Shown piece by piece: positions 36,054-47,750 of a stretch of DNA of 64,000 nucleotides; the stretch's first letter is position 1; each line of letters opens with the position of its first letter. Made by a program: the position numbers and the translations under genes. Where the stretch lies: positions 13,453,375 to 13,517,374 of the forward strand of contig OZ316897.1 of NCBI GenBank assembly GCA_973895155.1. The letters run 5' to 3'. This DNA is from Marsupella aquatica. Its lineage: Eukaryota > Plantae > Marchantiophyta. Under the pieces are notes generated by a model. It saw only the letters and a list, made by a program, of their open reading frames with translations, made no database searches and was not told where the DNA came from.

Positions 36054-37056
36054 TCAAATGTGGAAGGAAGCATGTACAATGCACCACATAAGAACTAGCT
36101 AGTTAAGCGCATGAGGGGAGGAATAGCGTTGGGATGGGTGACCTCTCACTTGTCATTATGCACCAAATCTGTCACTCCAAAACGAGAGCATTTGCAATTC
36201 TCCTCACATACCAGCAAGTTGGCTTACTGGCCTGCTCGCTCCTGCTCCGCCCTCATGCCCCTCGTTCCAAGTAACCACAAGTTGCCTCAAAACGCCGAAA
36301 TGAGCCAAAGAGTGAGCCTGCAATGCTTCGCTACGTCGGATCTGACTTTGGTTTTTGACAACATTTGCACTCGACCTCGTCATTCCTTCATAGAAATTGC
36401 AGGACTATCACTTTTGCTTGACAGTCAGCTCGGTTGCGCCCTCAATGTCGTTCCTTCACAAAAACGTCAAAGCCCGATTCAACAACATTGACCCTCATTG
36501 CCTTCATGGAAATGTAGATACAACTTCAGGTTCGGTGGCAGCAGCCCAAATCAGCAACTTTGAACGCTTGTTTCCTTCTTGGAAACAACAATGCCGCAAT
36601 GTGCAGTTGATCACTTATCAAAACAACAACATTTGGGGTCTATTTCCTTTAGAAAATAGTAACCACTTCACCTGCACCTGCCAAAGTTGGCTACTCGTTC
36701 AACAGCAGCACTATGTGCCCAGATCAACACAGTCTCCTTACAAATCCGGCAAAATAATAAGCAATCTACAATCTTCAACGATCTGCGATCTCTCTTCTCA
36801 AAACAAAAGTTTGTTTTGTGTCAATTGAGTTGGCAATGGCTCATGGAAATCGTTTGAAGCTATTGCATGGATCCGTGATGGCTTGGATTGTATTGAATAG
36901 ATCGTTAGTATTTTGATCTACTGTAGTTCGTGTCTCGTCATCGGGCTTTTGCATAGTCTGCATAACAGAGTTTGCATCTGATCTTTCAATGTAATCTTCA
37001 CAACAATCGACGCCAACAATACGCACTCAATCCCGCACGATCCGATCACACACGTA

Positions 37057-37320
37057 TGTTGAGCCAACGCACCTTGCACTCTAGGAATCTATGCTACATA
37101 GAAGGAGAGCCTCTCAGCCATCATAGCCACCACACGAGCTCCCCTCTCCAAGGCTCAATATTGAAAGATAACCTTTCAATGCCTCACAAGAGAGAACTAC
37201 CCTCTCACACAAACCTAATGGAACCTTATCGGCTCATATAACACACATACCAAACATACGGATCTAGATAACTATACGATACACTCTAACACTACCTAGA
37301 ATGGTGTGACATACTTAACA
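37057..37320. mobile_element. Short LTR-like segment (264 bp) adjoining degraded retroelement-like sequence
   Basis: TGTT...AACA termini and abuts the MULE C-terminal fragment. No TSD or canonical PBS seen. Confidence 0.35.
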
Positions 37321-37329
37321 AGGGTTGGA

Positions 37330-40300
37330 ATTGTCAATACTTCCTATCAAGCATATGCTGCAATTCTCCTATTCTTGAATTTCTATTGAACATAAACCCA
37401 TAAGCGCTCCAACAACTTCAAAGGAGCATAGTGATGCAAAGGAAGTAATCCTGAGTTTGCTTGCTCAATAGGGTTACTTGTAACCTTTGCCATCCGAGGG
37501 AGGGGGAATGCATGGCGTGCATACTATTTTACATCTTGGTCCCTAATATACTTGGCTGCTTCAATAGACTTATCTGCCTTCACAGACTTTGCCAATCACT
37601 TCAAACAAGCTTCATACTTGACATAGTTAAACACTTGGCATGACCATCATCAAACATACTTCATGTCCACACTAAAGAGAATAAGCACACATAAAAACAA
37701 GAGGAAGCCAATGACGTGCAATGCTGGGATTCTTAAGTCTGGTTCTTGTCATTAGCATAAATGCAACCAGTAAACATAGAGAATAAGACAGGTGCTGCAG
37801 AGAAGAAGTATGATCACTTGGCAAAGACTCACTACAATTTAGAGGCAACAAAGTTGCAGTCTATACATGCAACTAATTTGACAGAGGGCAGTCAACCATG
37901 TTTGGTTGAGGATGAGATTGGCAAGGGATTGGATGATATCAATGTTGGGGCAAATGAGGATATCAGCAAGCATGACAATGAAACCATTGAGCCAGATTCA
38001 TGCTATGTAGATCTTGATACCATTGCAAAGATAAATGATTTGCAGAATGTGTCATTGTCAATGACAGGTGTGCCTCTTGGTGCGATAAATCCAACTGAAG
38101 AGTTAGTAATTGGTATGGCACTCCCAGGATCTGAACCTACTACTATGACAGTCCCAACAAAGGAACCTACTGAGCCTACCTTCACTACTGTGAAGAGAGG
38201 AAGCATGCACACACGAAGCAAGTCTGCTGGGAGTAGAGCCACATCAAAGGTTTCATACAAACCTCCAAGATTGGTGCCGGCAAAAACATCCAAGGTGGAG
38301 TAGGGAAGGCACCTAATGTAGAGGGAAAAAGTGGCTTGTTAGCTGTTGATGAAAGTGGAACACAAGTGGGATTTGGCAGAGTGCAAGTCAATTCTGCAAC
38401 GTTCCATGGCAAGAGGATCCCACCAGGTTATTCAGTAGTGTTAGTCACATTACTAGTGAAACTTAAATATGTCATTCCCATTCCAAACACAATTGATGAT
38501 CCTCCTCAAAAGACACTTGGAGATGCTGCAGGGTCTTTGGTATTATAGCCAAACAAGTACATAGAGGATCCATAACAATGTAGTGTGAGTCATGCTTTGT
38601 AGATTTTAGAATTCAATGCATTTACTTTGAATTATTTCAAACAATTATCAATTTACAAGTTCCTATTTTCTTTGAATTACATTGATGACAATGTAAACAG
38701 TTCCATTGTAATGGAATTGATTTTCATCTTTCAGAAATATTGTCATTCTGTTCAATTCTTATGAATGAGTACATACTATGTTTGATCTGCTTATATCATG
38801 TTTTGTTTCATGTGGAGTGCTCATGAATTGACTCTCTCTCTTCATTCACTGTTTACATTGCTATAATTCATTACTCGATTAGTTATGGTTATAACTTCCC
38901 TAAATTCCATCTCAACCTTATTAGTTATAAGAATGACTATATAGAGACCCAAATGGTTGTGTAGTGTGACCTGGCCAGGGTCTCCCTTGGTCTATTTTGT
39001 GACACTAAAATGCCACAAGGTAGTTGCTATTAATGGCAAGTAAGTCACGGATATGACTTACCCTGTGACTAATTTAAGTCACATTATAGTCACTTATAAA
39101 CAAGACTAGACTCCATGATAGAGTCACAGAAGAGTCACAAATGGGTATCAAACAAGTCCCAATTCCATGTATCAATAGTGACTACTATTTTTGGGTCTCA
39201 ACTTTTGCAACTCCAAGGGTCACAGCCTGGGTCACGTCACATTGAGTCACAATGAAGTCACATGAGCCAAAATGAGTCACATATTACTGTCTCAAATGAG
39301 CTTGGATTCTTCTAGTGTTGGCACATGCTGCATGGATTTTACCTAAATGGCCATGTGTATGGAATGAGCATACATGCAGTGTCTTGTGCATGAAAACGTT
39401 TAAAAAGTCAAACTGAGGCATAAGGTACTACTGAAAGTTGTTACCTGACCAAACCTCTCAAACTACAGCTTGCAAACCTTTTTGGCGATCTGAATTGATA
39501 GGCATGAGTGATTTCAGTCCATATAGTGATCTATCAAGTAGTTCAAGGAACCAGATCCAATTGGCAGTGTTTTCAACCGGTGCAAGTCCATAACATAGTA
39601 TGACCCCTTGTGTATTACCATCCAGGCAAGTTGCTAGGAAAAGTTATGTAGGATACTTCCTGTTCTTTGTGTGACATGCATCCAAGCTTACAAATGGCTG
39701 AACATATTGTAAAGCTTCCCTTGTAGCAGATGAGCAGATGAATGCTTTGTAGAAAGTGGAGTCGTCCATAGTGGACCACTCCGCAACACAGTGTGGGTCA
39801 GCTTCCCTAACCTTGGTAATGAACGATGAAATCAAGCATAATGTTTTTGCTTGTCCACCTAGGTGGATATCTCTAACATAATCCTTTGCCCGTCACATCT
39901 GATGGTAGTTAGTATTTTTTGTAGTCTCCTGAAATCCAGATAACAACTCTTTAACTGGAACCTTTAGATTTCTCCATACTCGGGGAGCCAGTGTGTCACG
40001 AAACCAAACTGATTTTTGTGTAGGCCCTCTCCACTTGTCCCTGGATGCTGGACAGTTTTGGTGCAAGTCACATACTATAATAATATGAGCCCCAATTTGT
40101 GATTCTTGATGACAATGGACTCTGAAAGGACAATACAATTCACCATGTGGATCATCATCATCACCATGCAGGGGGATGGTCTGAACCTGAATAACTCCCC
40201 GCAAGCACCAATTGCAGAATTTTTTTTAACTTTTATCCCTTTCTTCTGTGGGTTTAGTGCATGAGACCTTGGCAACCAAACACTAGTGTGTTTGACTATT

Positions 40301-41140
40301 GTCTTCCCTTTCTTTCTGATGGATTCTTGCACCTACAGTCTAACAATTGAGCCGCCTTGCACAATATTGGTTTGAATACATGCAAGTGGCATGGTGCACG
40401 TGATGGTCTTTCTAGATTTGACATGCGCAATATAGCCTGTTCAAAATCAGTGTCTTTTGTCTGCAAAACAAGGTGTATAGAGATTTTAGCAACAACAATG
40501 TTTGGATGTGTGTGTAAACCATGTCGTGAAACATGTACAATAATAGTTGAAGAAGACCCAATGCTAGAAAAAGTACTTACAGGATCCTATGTGGCTATGG
40601 GTTCCACATATGAAGAATTTAGTATGGATGGATACTATGCAATATTCTCTTTCCCTTGAGCATTGGAATGACGTGTTGCTATTCTTTTGTCTTGAAACCC
40701 ACTAAACTCTCCATAGCAATGATCAAAATGCCAACCAATTCATCTTTATAACTTTCTTCACATTCATCTGCATTGCTATCTCCAGAATGTTCATCACTAG
40801 TTTGATTCAAATGTTCATTAACTGTGCATTCCATGGGGAAACCATTTGTTCCTGGATTGCCCTAGGGATATCTAGATGCTTTGCTCCATTTCTTTGATAC
40901 CAATTTGCTAAATCTGAAAACTTTTATTACAAAATTCTGAAATGTTTTCAACCTATATACCACACGACCATTCACGATAGCCCAAGAATCCAAACACCAG
41001 TCAAATTCATCAAAATCATTGAAATGTTTGCCCTTACAAATTTGAGCAGCCTTCGCTTCCACTACAAACAGTACAAGATAGTATGCGTTATGTATTCTTG
41101 GAAAAGCGACAAAGATGAAGAATAGAGAGATGGGCGTCAT
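37330..41140 (-). pseudogene. Mutator-like (MULE) transposase remnant, interrupted by a CACTA derivative
   Basis: MuDR-like N-terminus (KGKHFNDFDEF); CPFRVHC; DDE domain PFVSLDACH...DGN...ENTANWIWFLELL...INSDRQKGL; HAAC at 39320-39340. Continuation YARHAFPLPRMAKVTSNPIEQANSGL at 37330-37670. Confidence 0.85.
37670..39317 (+). mobile_element. Non-autonomous CACTA (En/Spm) deletion derivative with TnpA-like C-terminal fragment
   Basis: CACTAAAGAGAAT at 37670 and TTCTTCTAGTG ending at 39317. Dense AGTCAC/GTGACT subterminal repeats at 38960-39290. ORFs 37761-38548 include FHGKRIPPGYSVV...IPIP..DD...LGDA.G. The 3-bp TSD does not match. Confidence 0.65.
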
Positions 41141-41959
41141 TCAAAGGCAATGCAGGGATGCAGGGACAAATTAAGAGGAAATGTGATTGAAAGGTGGTGC
41201 AGTCGATGCAGGAGGATTAAGAGGAAAATAACAAGAGCAAGCAACTGATAGTCACTTCAATAGTTTACACACCTTCTTGTGGGTTTTTTCCATTGAGTAT
41301 CCTGGCCACATTATGAATAGTTGAGCAAGTGCGTCTCCTCCTTGGGCACGTTGTATCCCCTGGTGGTAGCCTGTCACATTCTAGAATATCCACTTCACAC
41401 CAATCCCCTCTCTACCAAAGACGTAGAGTGCCATCGCCCTCTCATCAACTGACATTCCTGAGCGTACGTCAAAACATTACAATGCCACCATGCAATGTTG
41501 ACAAAAGACACAAAATGCTCCCCCATCCAGTACGAGAAACCCCAAAAGCTTGTGACAGAGAAGTCGTCTTGACAGAACATGAAACAATGATTGTCTGGAG
41601 CCGACACGTCCGGAGTCGATATGTTAAGAAGATTTATGAATAAACATCAGAAGACAAAACATGCAATCCCATTATCAATCGACGCAGTATCAGGCGACCC
41701 TAAATTGCGCGGTGACGGGTTGGACAAGTCCATTGCACTCATGGTTGAAGTCTGGTCCAGTCGTTGTACATAGATGTATTGCCCTCCCAAAAGCCATGTC
41801 ACGCTCTATAATGCCCCAATGTGTACAAAACTGTTAGAGGGGGTTGATTGGGGCACTTTTGAACATAGGGATCGATCGAGGAGGAAAGAGTCCACTGGGG
41901 GTCAGGCCCCGTTTGGACTTGCCCGGCAAATACGCCGTTTTAAGGTCGTCAACCGGCAA

Positions 41960-42420
41960 GCCGACACCTAGACGCTCCCGGTCAGCATCATCCGATCCCG
42001 ACCCGAGTACATCCTTCGGTCTCGGCCTAAATAGAACTCCCGGTCCTGACCCGGCTTCGGACCCTATTCCCTCCCGGCCTCGGATCCTAAACCCCCCCGG
42101 CCTGGACCCCGGACCCTTCAACCTCCCGACCCCGGACCATTCACCCTCCCGGCCCTGGACCCTAAACCCCCCTCCCCGGACCCCGGACCCTTCATCCTCC
42201 CAGCCCCGGATCCTAAGCCCCCCGGCCCGGACCCTTCACCCTCCTCCACCCGGACCCTAAACCCTCCTGCCCTGGACCGTAAAGCCCCCGGGTCCGGACC
42301 CTGAAGTCCCTGGGCCCGGACCCTTAAGCCCCCCACCCCGGCCTGGGCCCACCATGAGGGACCGGGTTGGGCGGGGGTGGGTCGGGCCAGGCCGGCCGGG
42401 CCGGGATTAGGGTTAGGTTG
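41960..42420. repeat. GC-rich degenerate minisatellite (CCGGACCCT(A/T)AACCCCC-like), followed by TATA box and splice sites
   Basis: More than 10 degenerate copies; ATTAGGGTTAGG at ~42406; CTATAAAG at ~42490; TTGCAG|...|GTGAG at 42555-42576. Confidence 0.7.
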
Positions 42421-42772
42421 AGGCCCATAAGCGCACACGGGGAGAGGAGGCTCACGAGGCGGGGGAGGGGGGGCAGACCGGGACCGGGCCTATAAAGTGA
42501 GGAGCTCTCCTCACTTTTTCTCATTCTCTCTAACTTCTCTAACTTTGGCTGTCTTGCAGGAAAGGACTTTGGTGAGTTTTTCTTGCTTTTCCTCATGTTT
42601 TGTTTACTTTTGAGTTTAGTTGCCTTGTTTTTGAGTATTTTTTGCTATGCTTTGCCTTGCATGAGAGAAAAAAAAGCCGTAGCCTATTACTAGGAGTGAA
42701 GAAGAGCACATATCAGTAATTACAACGAATATTAAGAAAAACCCTTACTTGTGATCGATGCAATTGCAAAAC

Positions 42773-43322
42773 CTACAGCACATCACGATGTCTAGAGAAA
42801 CTTTCCAAAGGAATCACTTTGGTAAATGCGTCAGCTGGGTTGAGTTTACCGTCTATCTTGACTAGCTCAAACAAATTATCAAACACAGCCTGCCTGATAA
42901 AATTGAACCTGACGTCTATGTGCTTCACTCTACTGTCCATCACCTGGTTCACAGCAAGGTGGAGCGCACTCTGACTATCACAATGGAGCTTTACATTCCC
43001 TTGTGGCAATCCCATTTCAGTGATAAGTCTATCCAACCAAATCGCTTTCTTTGCTGCTTCCGCTGCTACAACATACTCCGCTTTTGTAGTAGACCGAGCA
43101 GTACACTTCTGCAAAGTAGACCTCCAACTTATGCATCCACCGCCAAGTGTGAACATGTACCCTGTTGTTGATCTCCTTCGGTCCAAATCTTGTCCATAGT
43201 CATAATCCACATAGCCAATCAATGATCTCGCATTCTTTGCATTTGCATCAAATAAAAGACCATGATGCACGGTACCCTTCGAGTACCTGATAATCCACTT
43301 CACTGCTTCCCAATGTACCTTC
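42773..43322 (-). pseudogene. Ty1/copia pol C-terminus (RNase H), truncated by the gypsy insertion
   Basis: HWEAVKWIIRY, GYVDYDY..DLDRRRSTTGY, LHCDSQSALHLA, KHIDVRFNFIR and NPADAFTK. Confidence 0.92.
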
Positions 43323-44646
43323 TATCGTATAGCAATAAGTATTAAAAGTGTAATTTCTCACTTAAAACTGAGGTTCTGATCCCTTAAAGAACGTATTTTA
43401 GTATGAATTGAATAATTTTCATCATTTTGAGTGATGTAGAACTCACAGCTCTACACTTTTCTTACTTCTCAACAAAATAAAGTAAAGAAAATATAAAAGT
43501 AACTTAACTTCAGATTTACAGACTAGAAAGGAAATTATTCTAGTTTTGGAGACTCTAGTAAATTATTGCCACACCTTCAGAAAGGACTTGGTCTCAATAT
43601 AAACATGCCTAAAATCTCTCAACTCATCAATCTTTCTTTTGAAGATACAAAATTGTACAGAGATGAAGTTCTCAATCTGATAAACAAAGCAGCTTTCTGG
43701 TTGCAAATGTAATGATATGCCTTAAAATGCCGTCAACACGGTTTGACATCAACGTTGCGTAATTTAGTCAAACTCTAAGTCATATTCCAGAAACAAGCAA
43801 CGGTACTGAATGCTCTGAGAATCCAATTTCACTTCTCATTTATCAACAACTACTCTTGAATTTGCTAGCGATTCTTGACTCTACAAGCAAGCCTAGTAGT
43901 GAATTCAATACGAGCCTCAGAAATCTGATACTGAATTCAATTACCACAGGAATTTCTGAGATTCAATCACAACTTCAAACAAATGCTGCTTTACTTCCAT
44001 ACAACGCACTCTCAACATGCCTTGTTATAATGGAAGGAGGAAGAACTATTCAGAATATCCAATTTTGAATATAGTGTTGTCTCTGACTCTCTCTCTCTGG
44101 TTCAAATGAGCATCCTACTCTATCTTATAAGTGTTAAGGTCCTAAAATGAAGAAAATATGAAAAGCTATGCCTGTTGAACTTGAACTAAGTATGAGGAAA
44201 GTACAGCATAAGTACTTAGAGGTCGGGAAAATACTACTATATTGGTAATCTATTTCGAAAGCTAAATCTAAGTATCGGAAAATGAGGGATGCTTCTAAAA
44301 GTGTCGGGTGTGGATGGACGCATTTGAGCGTCGAGTCATAGTGGACGCTTCTAGAAAGTGTCGTGAGTTAAAGTACTCAGGAATAGTCGTCGCTGCTGAA
44401 AGCGTCGAGGGTAAATCACCGGGTAAGAGCGGACGCTTCTGTAAGCGTCGGTCAATAAATGGTCGATGAGGGCAGTCACTTCTATTTAGCGTCCAGAATA
44501 TAATAAATTCTTGAAAAATGTCAAAAATAAACCGTCTTCCAACACAAATGGTAGAGACCGCCATTCCACATAGCCCTCCACTTAAATTTTGCCGTGTCCG
44601 CACAAGATAACCACGCTTTGATTAAAGACCAGTGCTGGGTTTTTCA

Positions 44647-45015
44647 TCAAAAATCTATTGGTTTGGGAATCCAAGTGGTACTCAAGACCATTGATGGAAT
44701 ATGGCTGTCATTGGGGTTCACAATATAAAAATCGAGGTCATAAAATTCTTCTCCAATTTGTAATGACACTTGTTCTACTCTGCCCCAAAGTTGAATTAAT
44801 CGTCCATTAATTGAGATTTGAGCACTTATGGGCTGAACGTGTTGGCAAACTAATTGATGAAACAGTCTGTGGGACAGTAAATTTATTCCAGAGCCTGGGT
44901 CAATAACAAAGTGTTGAATAGTGTGTCCTTCCAATTTAATCTCCCCTTCAAGAGAATACTTAAATGCGCGGGAGAGAGAATCACAACAATCCATAGTAGC
45001 TTTTACGGTCCACAT
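44647..45015 (-). CDS. Stand-alone retropepsin-like aspartic protease ORF (second protease of the gypsy element)
   Basis: 122-aa open ORF with FVIDPGSGINLL, G.V..V.L.IG, LDFYIV and MVLSTTWI, matching the D(T/S)G...ILGxxWL retropepsin layout. Confidence 0.7.
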   Translation of the reverse strand: MWTVKATMDCCDSLSRAFKYSLEGEIKLEGHTIQHFVIDPGSGINLLSHRLFHQLVCQHVQPISAQISINGRLIQLWGRVEQVSLQIGEEFYDLDFYIVNPNDSHIPSMVLSTTWIPKPIDF

Positions 45016-45122
45016 GGTGACTCAAACAGAATAAGTGCTGCTCAGTACTTCAATCAGATCCGTTTATACTCCAGGGAGTAAACGCCCTTTCAAATCTTAT
45101 ACATGAAGTGGTTACAAATCTG

Positions 45123-45824
45123 CTATCTGCTCAACAACCCTTGAGTGACAACGTCCGGCCATAAAGGAGGAGTAGGTAACCTTACTAGTCTCCGAAGTAA
45201 CTTATACCCTTGAGCAGAAGAGTTCATAGCCTTATTCCGTATCAACTGTTCTCGTAGCTTAACAATCTCTTTCTCGTACTTATGCGAAACAACATACCCT
45301 TCATGGCAGACCCAAACAGAGTATTGGTATGGCCAAGGAAATTCAGGAGTAATTGACGGAAAAGGGGCTTCAGTTCGGCGGAGCATATATACCCAACACC
45401 AAATTTGAAACTCCAAAAACTTATGTCGTCTCTCCTTGTCAATTGGAGGAACTACCCTACCAGGTTTATATGTACAAATCAAAGAACAAATGCTTGGATG
45501 ATATGTACTTGCCAAAATCTGTTGTTGTTGAAATATACTCTCCATCTCTAAATGCCAAAAAGCTATCCAAAAATCTTTCTTCTCCCATTTATGAATTGAA
45601 GCAAGGTTAGGTATGGGAATTAGGGATGGTAGTACCACCGTGTGCCGAAGTCTGGGAGGTACTCTGATAATACGAGGATCTTCATCTTCCTCTCCATTGC
45701 TTGGAGCTCCTTTCCAACAAAAAATAATGTCTGGGTTCGAAGAAGGTATCGCCGACTCCCTAGTAGGCCAACATGATAGTACAACAGGAGACGAAGATGC
45801 AAGAGGTGGAGAAGAATTCCCCAT
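45123..45824 (-). CDS. Hypothetical 233-aa accessory ORF of the gypsy element
   Basis: Uninterrupted ATG-stop ORF, W/P-rich, same strand as pol. No recognised domain. Confidence 0.5.
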   Translation of the reverse strand: MGNSSPPLASSSPVVLSCWPTRESAIPSSNPDIIFCWKGAPSNGEEDEDPRIIRVPPRLRHTVVLPSLIPIPNLASIHKWEKKDFWIAFWHLEMESIFQQQQILASTYHPSICSLICTYKPGRVVPPIDKERRHKFLEFQIWCWVYMLRRTEAPFPSITPEFPWPYQYSVWVCHEGYVVSHKYEKEIVKLREQLIRNKAMNSSAQGYKLLRRLVRLPTPPLWPDVVTQGLLSR

Positions 45825-45884
45825 TGTTGTGTTGATTGGCTTTAGCTACTCAAAATCCGGTGAATTCGCCTCATGAAAGATCTG

Positions 45885-47600
45885 TCAATTTCTTACACGA
45901 CGCAACCTTTTTCGAGGTCTTTGAGTATATGTCACTTGAAATTGCTCTGTAATAAGTGAACTCTCATCTCCAAGTGATATCCGAGTACCCTTATCTCTGC
46001 TTGAATCTAGTAAGATAGAAGCTGATGCAGAGCTAAATGCCAACTCAGGTGTTCTAGACAGAGGTATGGGTGGGGATACACTCTTGGTCTTAGGTAGCCC
46101 TAAATTGCTTGAAGGCCCGAGAGATGAAGTGGTTTGTTGACTGTGTTGAGACTCAAGCAATCTCTCCTCTGGAAGGTAAGCTGGAGAAACCCAATCAACA
46201 GATGGGAGTGGAGGAGGTCCTTTTCTCGCCAATGCTTTTGCTAACTCCTCAGACATAATCAGAGCAACTGTTATCCTGGTTTTGGGGGTCGGCCACATAG
46301 GAAATGGCGTGACAAAATTAGGTGGGGTCGGTTGTTTAGCTACTCCTTCCACATCTACTATTTTGTCCTTTGAATCAGCCTTAAACAACTTTACGAGCTC
46401 CGTGCATAATACCGCCGGAGGTTCCACTGATTGTTGTACAAGAGGAACCACATCTAGGCTTGGGGAGGGACTACGAGAATCTTCCGAATTATACTCCTGT
46501 AAAGCTTTTAAAGCATTATTACTCACTTCCATGGGTGGTGAAGCAGGGTTCTGTGAAGTTTTATCATACCCATCCGTTGTAGTAGTATATTGTTGAGGAG
46601 ATTCTCCTGGTAAGCTTTCTTCATCCACATCCATCCTGTCTTTGTCATTCGCTCTGAAAGCAGAATTGTCCTGATCGAGATCTTGATCCTCTGATGGGTG
46701 GGAAAGAATTGGCTCGTCTTTTCTGCCAACTGGTTCTCTTGTCTCTTTCAGCCTCCGAACTTCATTTACAAGCTCAGATTCTTCGCAAGTGAGTAGTTCG
46801 CATAACGCCACTAGTGTTGAACTGGATCGGACTTCTCGTACTTCCGGCAACTCATTTGCTTCACAGGTAGATGCGCTCCGATGGGTACAATAGAAGACTT
46901 TCTCTGAGAGGAGCAGACATTTATGCTTGTGATAAATGTGAGCTAGATAGGGAGTCAAGTTGGTAAATCTCAACTTTCCAGCTTGCAACCTGCTACAAAA
47001 GTTCTTTACCTAAGTATGAATTACCCTATATAAGATCTTCGTCCAATTGATGGTCTGCTTTTGTTCTAATGAAGAGATAACGGTGGCAGCGAAAGAAAGG
47101 GTAATATGTGTCTGACTCTCTGGATAGAAAATTGGTGATAGAAATCAAAAAAGATGCTGCAAAGAGGTAACTAAATAGTCCGCGGTTACCCAACCATTTT
47201 GCCTCTTAAAGGATTCAGGATCAAAGAAAGACTCTATATAAGCTCGGGGCTCTCCATCAATCCTCTGCAAATCCTCGCCCATTGTCGGCGTCGAGTAGAC
47301 TCCCGCTATGAGCGCTTCAGTCCAAACACTTGGATGCGAGCGGACACCGATTCCTTCCTTAGCATCCCACACACCTTGATCGATGAGGCTGAACTCGCAC
47401 ATCCTCCAAGGGAAATGAAGTAATTTCTTCAGGCCCATCAACGCAAGATTCATCCTCAATTGTCGGCGGTCCATCATATTCGACGGGATAATTGCGAGTA
47501 TTGGTCGCGTCGTAAGTTTGGACTCCACCATCACGTCAATCGTGAAGGATGCTTCTCTAGCCGTGCCTAGAAGTGGACGCTTCTCGCAGCATCCCGTCAA
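45885..47600 (-). pseudogene. Gypsy extra ORF downstream of integrase (conserved-looking N-terminal domain plus disordered S/P/E-rich tail)
   Basis: 47145-47600 and 45885-46988 read through two in-frame stops: LLHFPW...VRSHPSVWT...FLSPIFYPE...INWTKI...LTPYLAHIY. Resembles extra ORFs recalled from bryophyte gypsy elements. Confidence 0.6.
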
Positions 47601-47750
47601 GACTAAGTTTTAGGGTGGACGCTTCTTGCAGCGTCTAGTGCAAAAACTAAAATTCCAAACACTTGTGAAGGGGGAGGGAATGCTAATTCTAATTAAGTAC
47701 AAACTACCTACCGCCCTCTACTTAAACTACGACCTGTCCCAGGTGAAACA

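Noticed and set aside
41834-42596. Pro/Gly-rich ORFs (extensin- or collagen-like)
   Set aside because: By-products of a GC-rich minisatellite, open on both strands.
45810-45824. N-myristoylation signal on the MGNSSP ORF
   Set aside because: Position 6 is Pro rather than Ser/Thr, so support is too weak.
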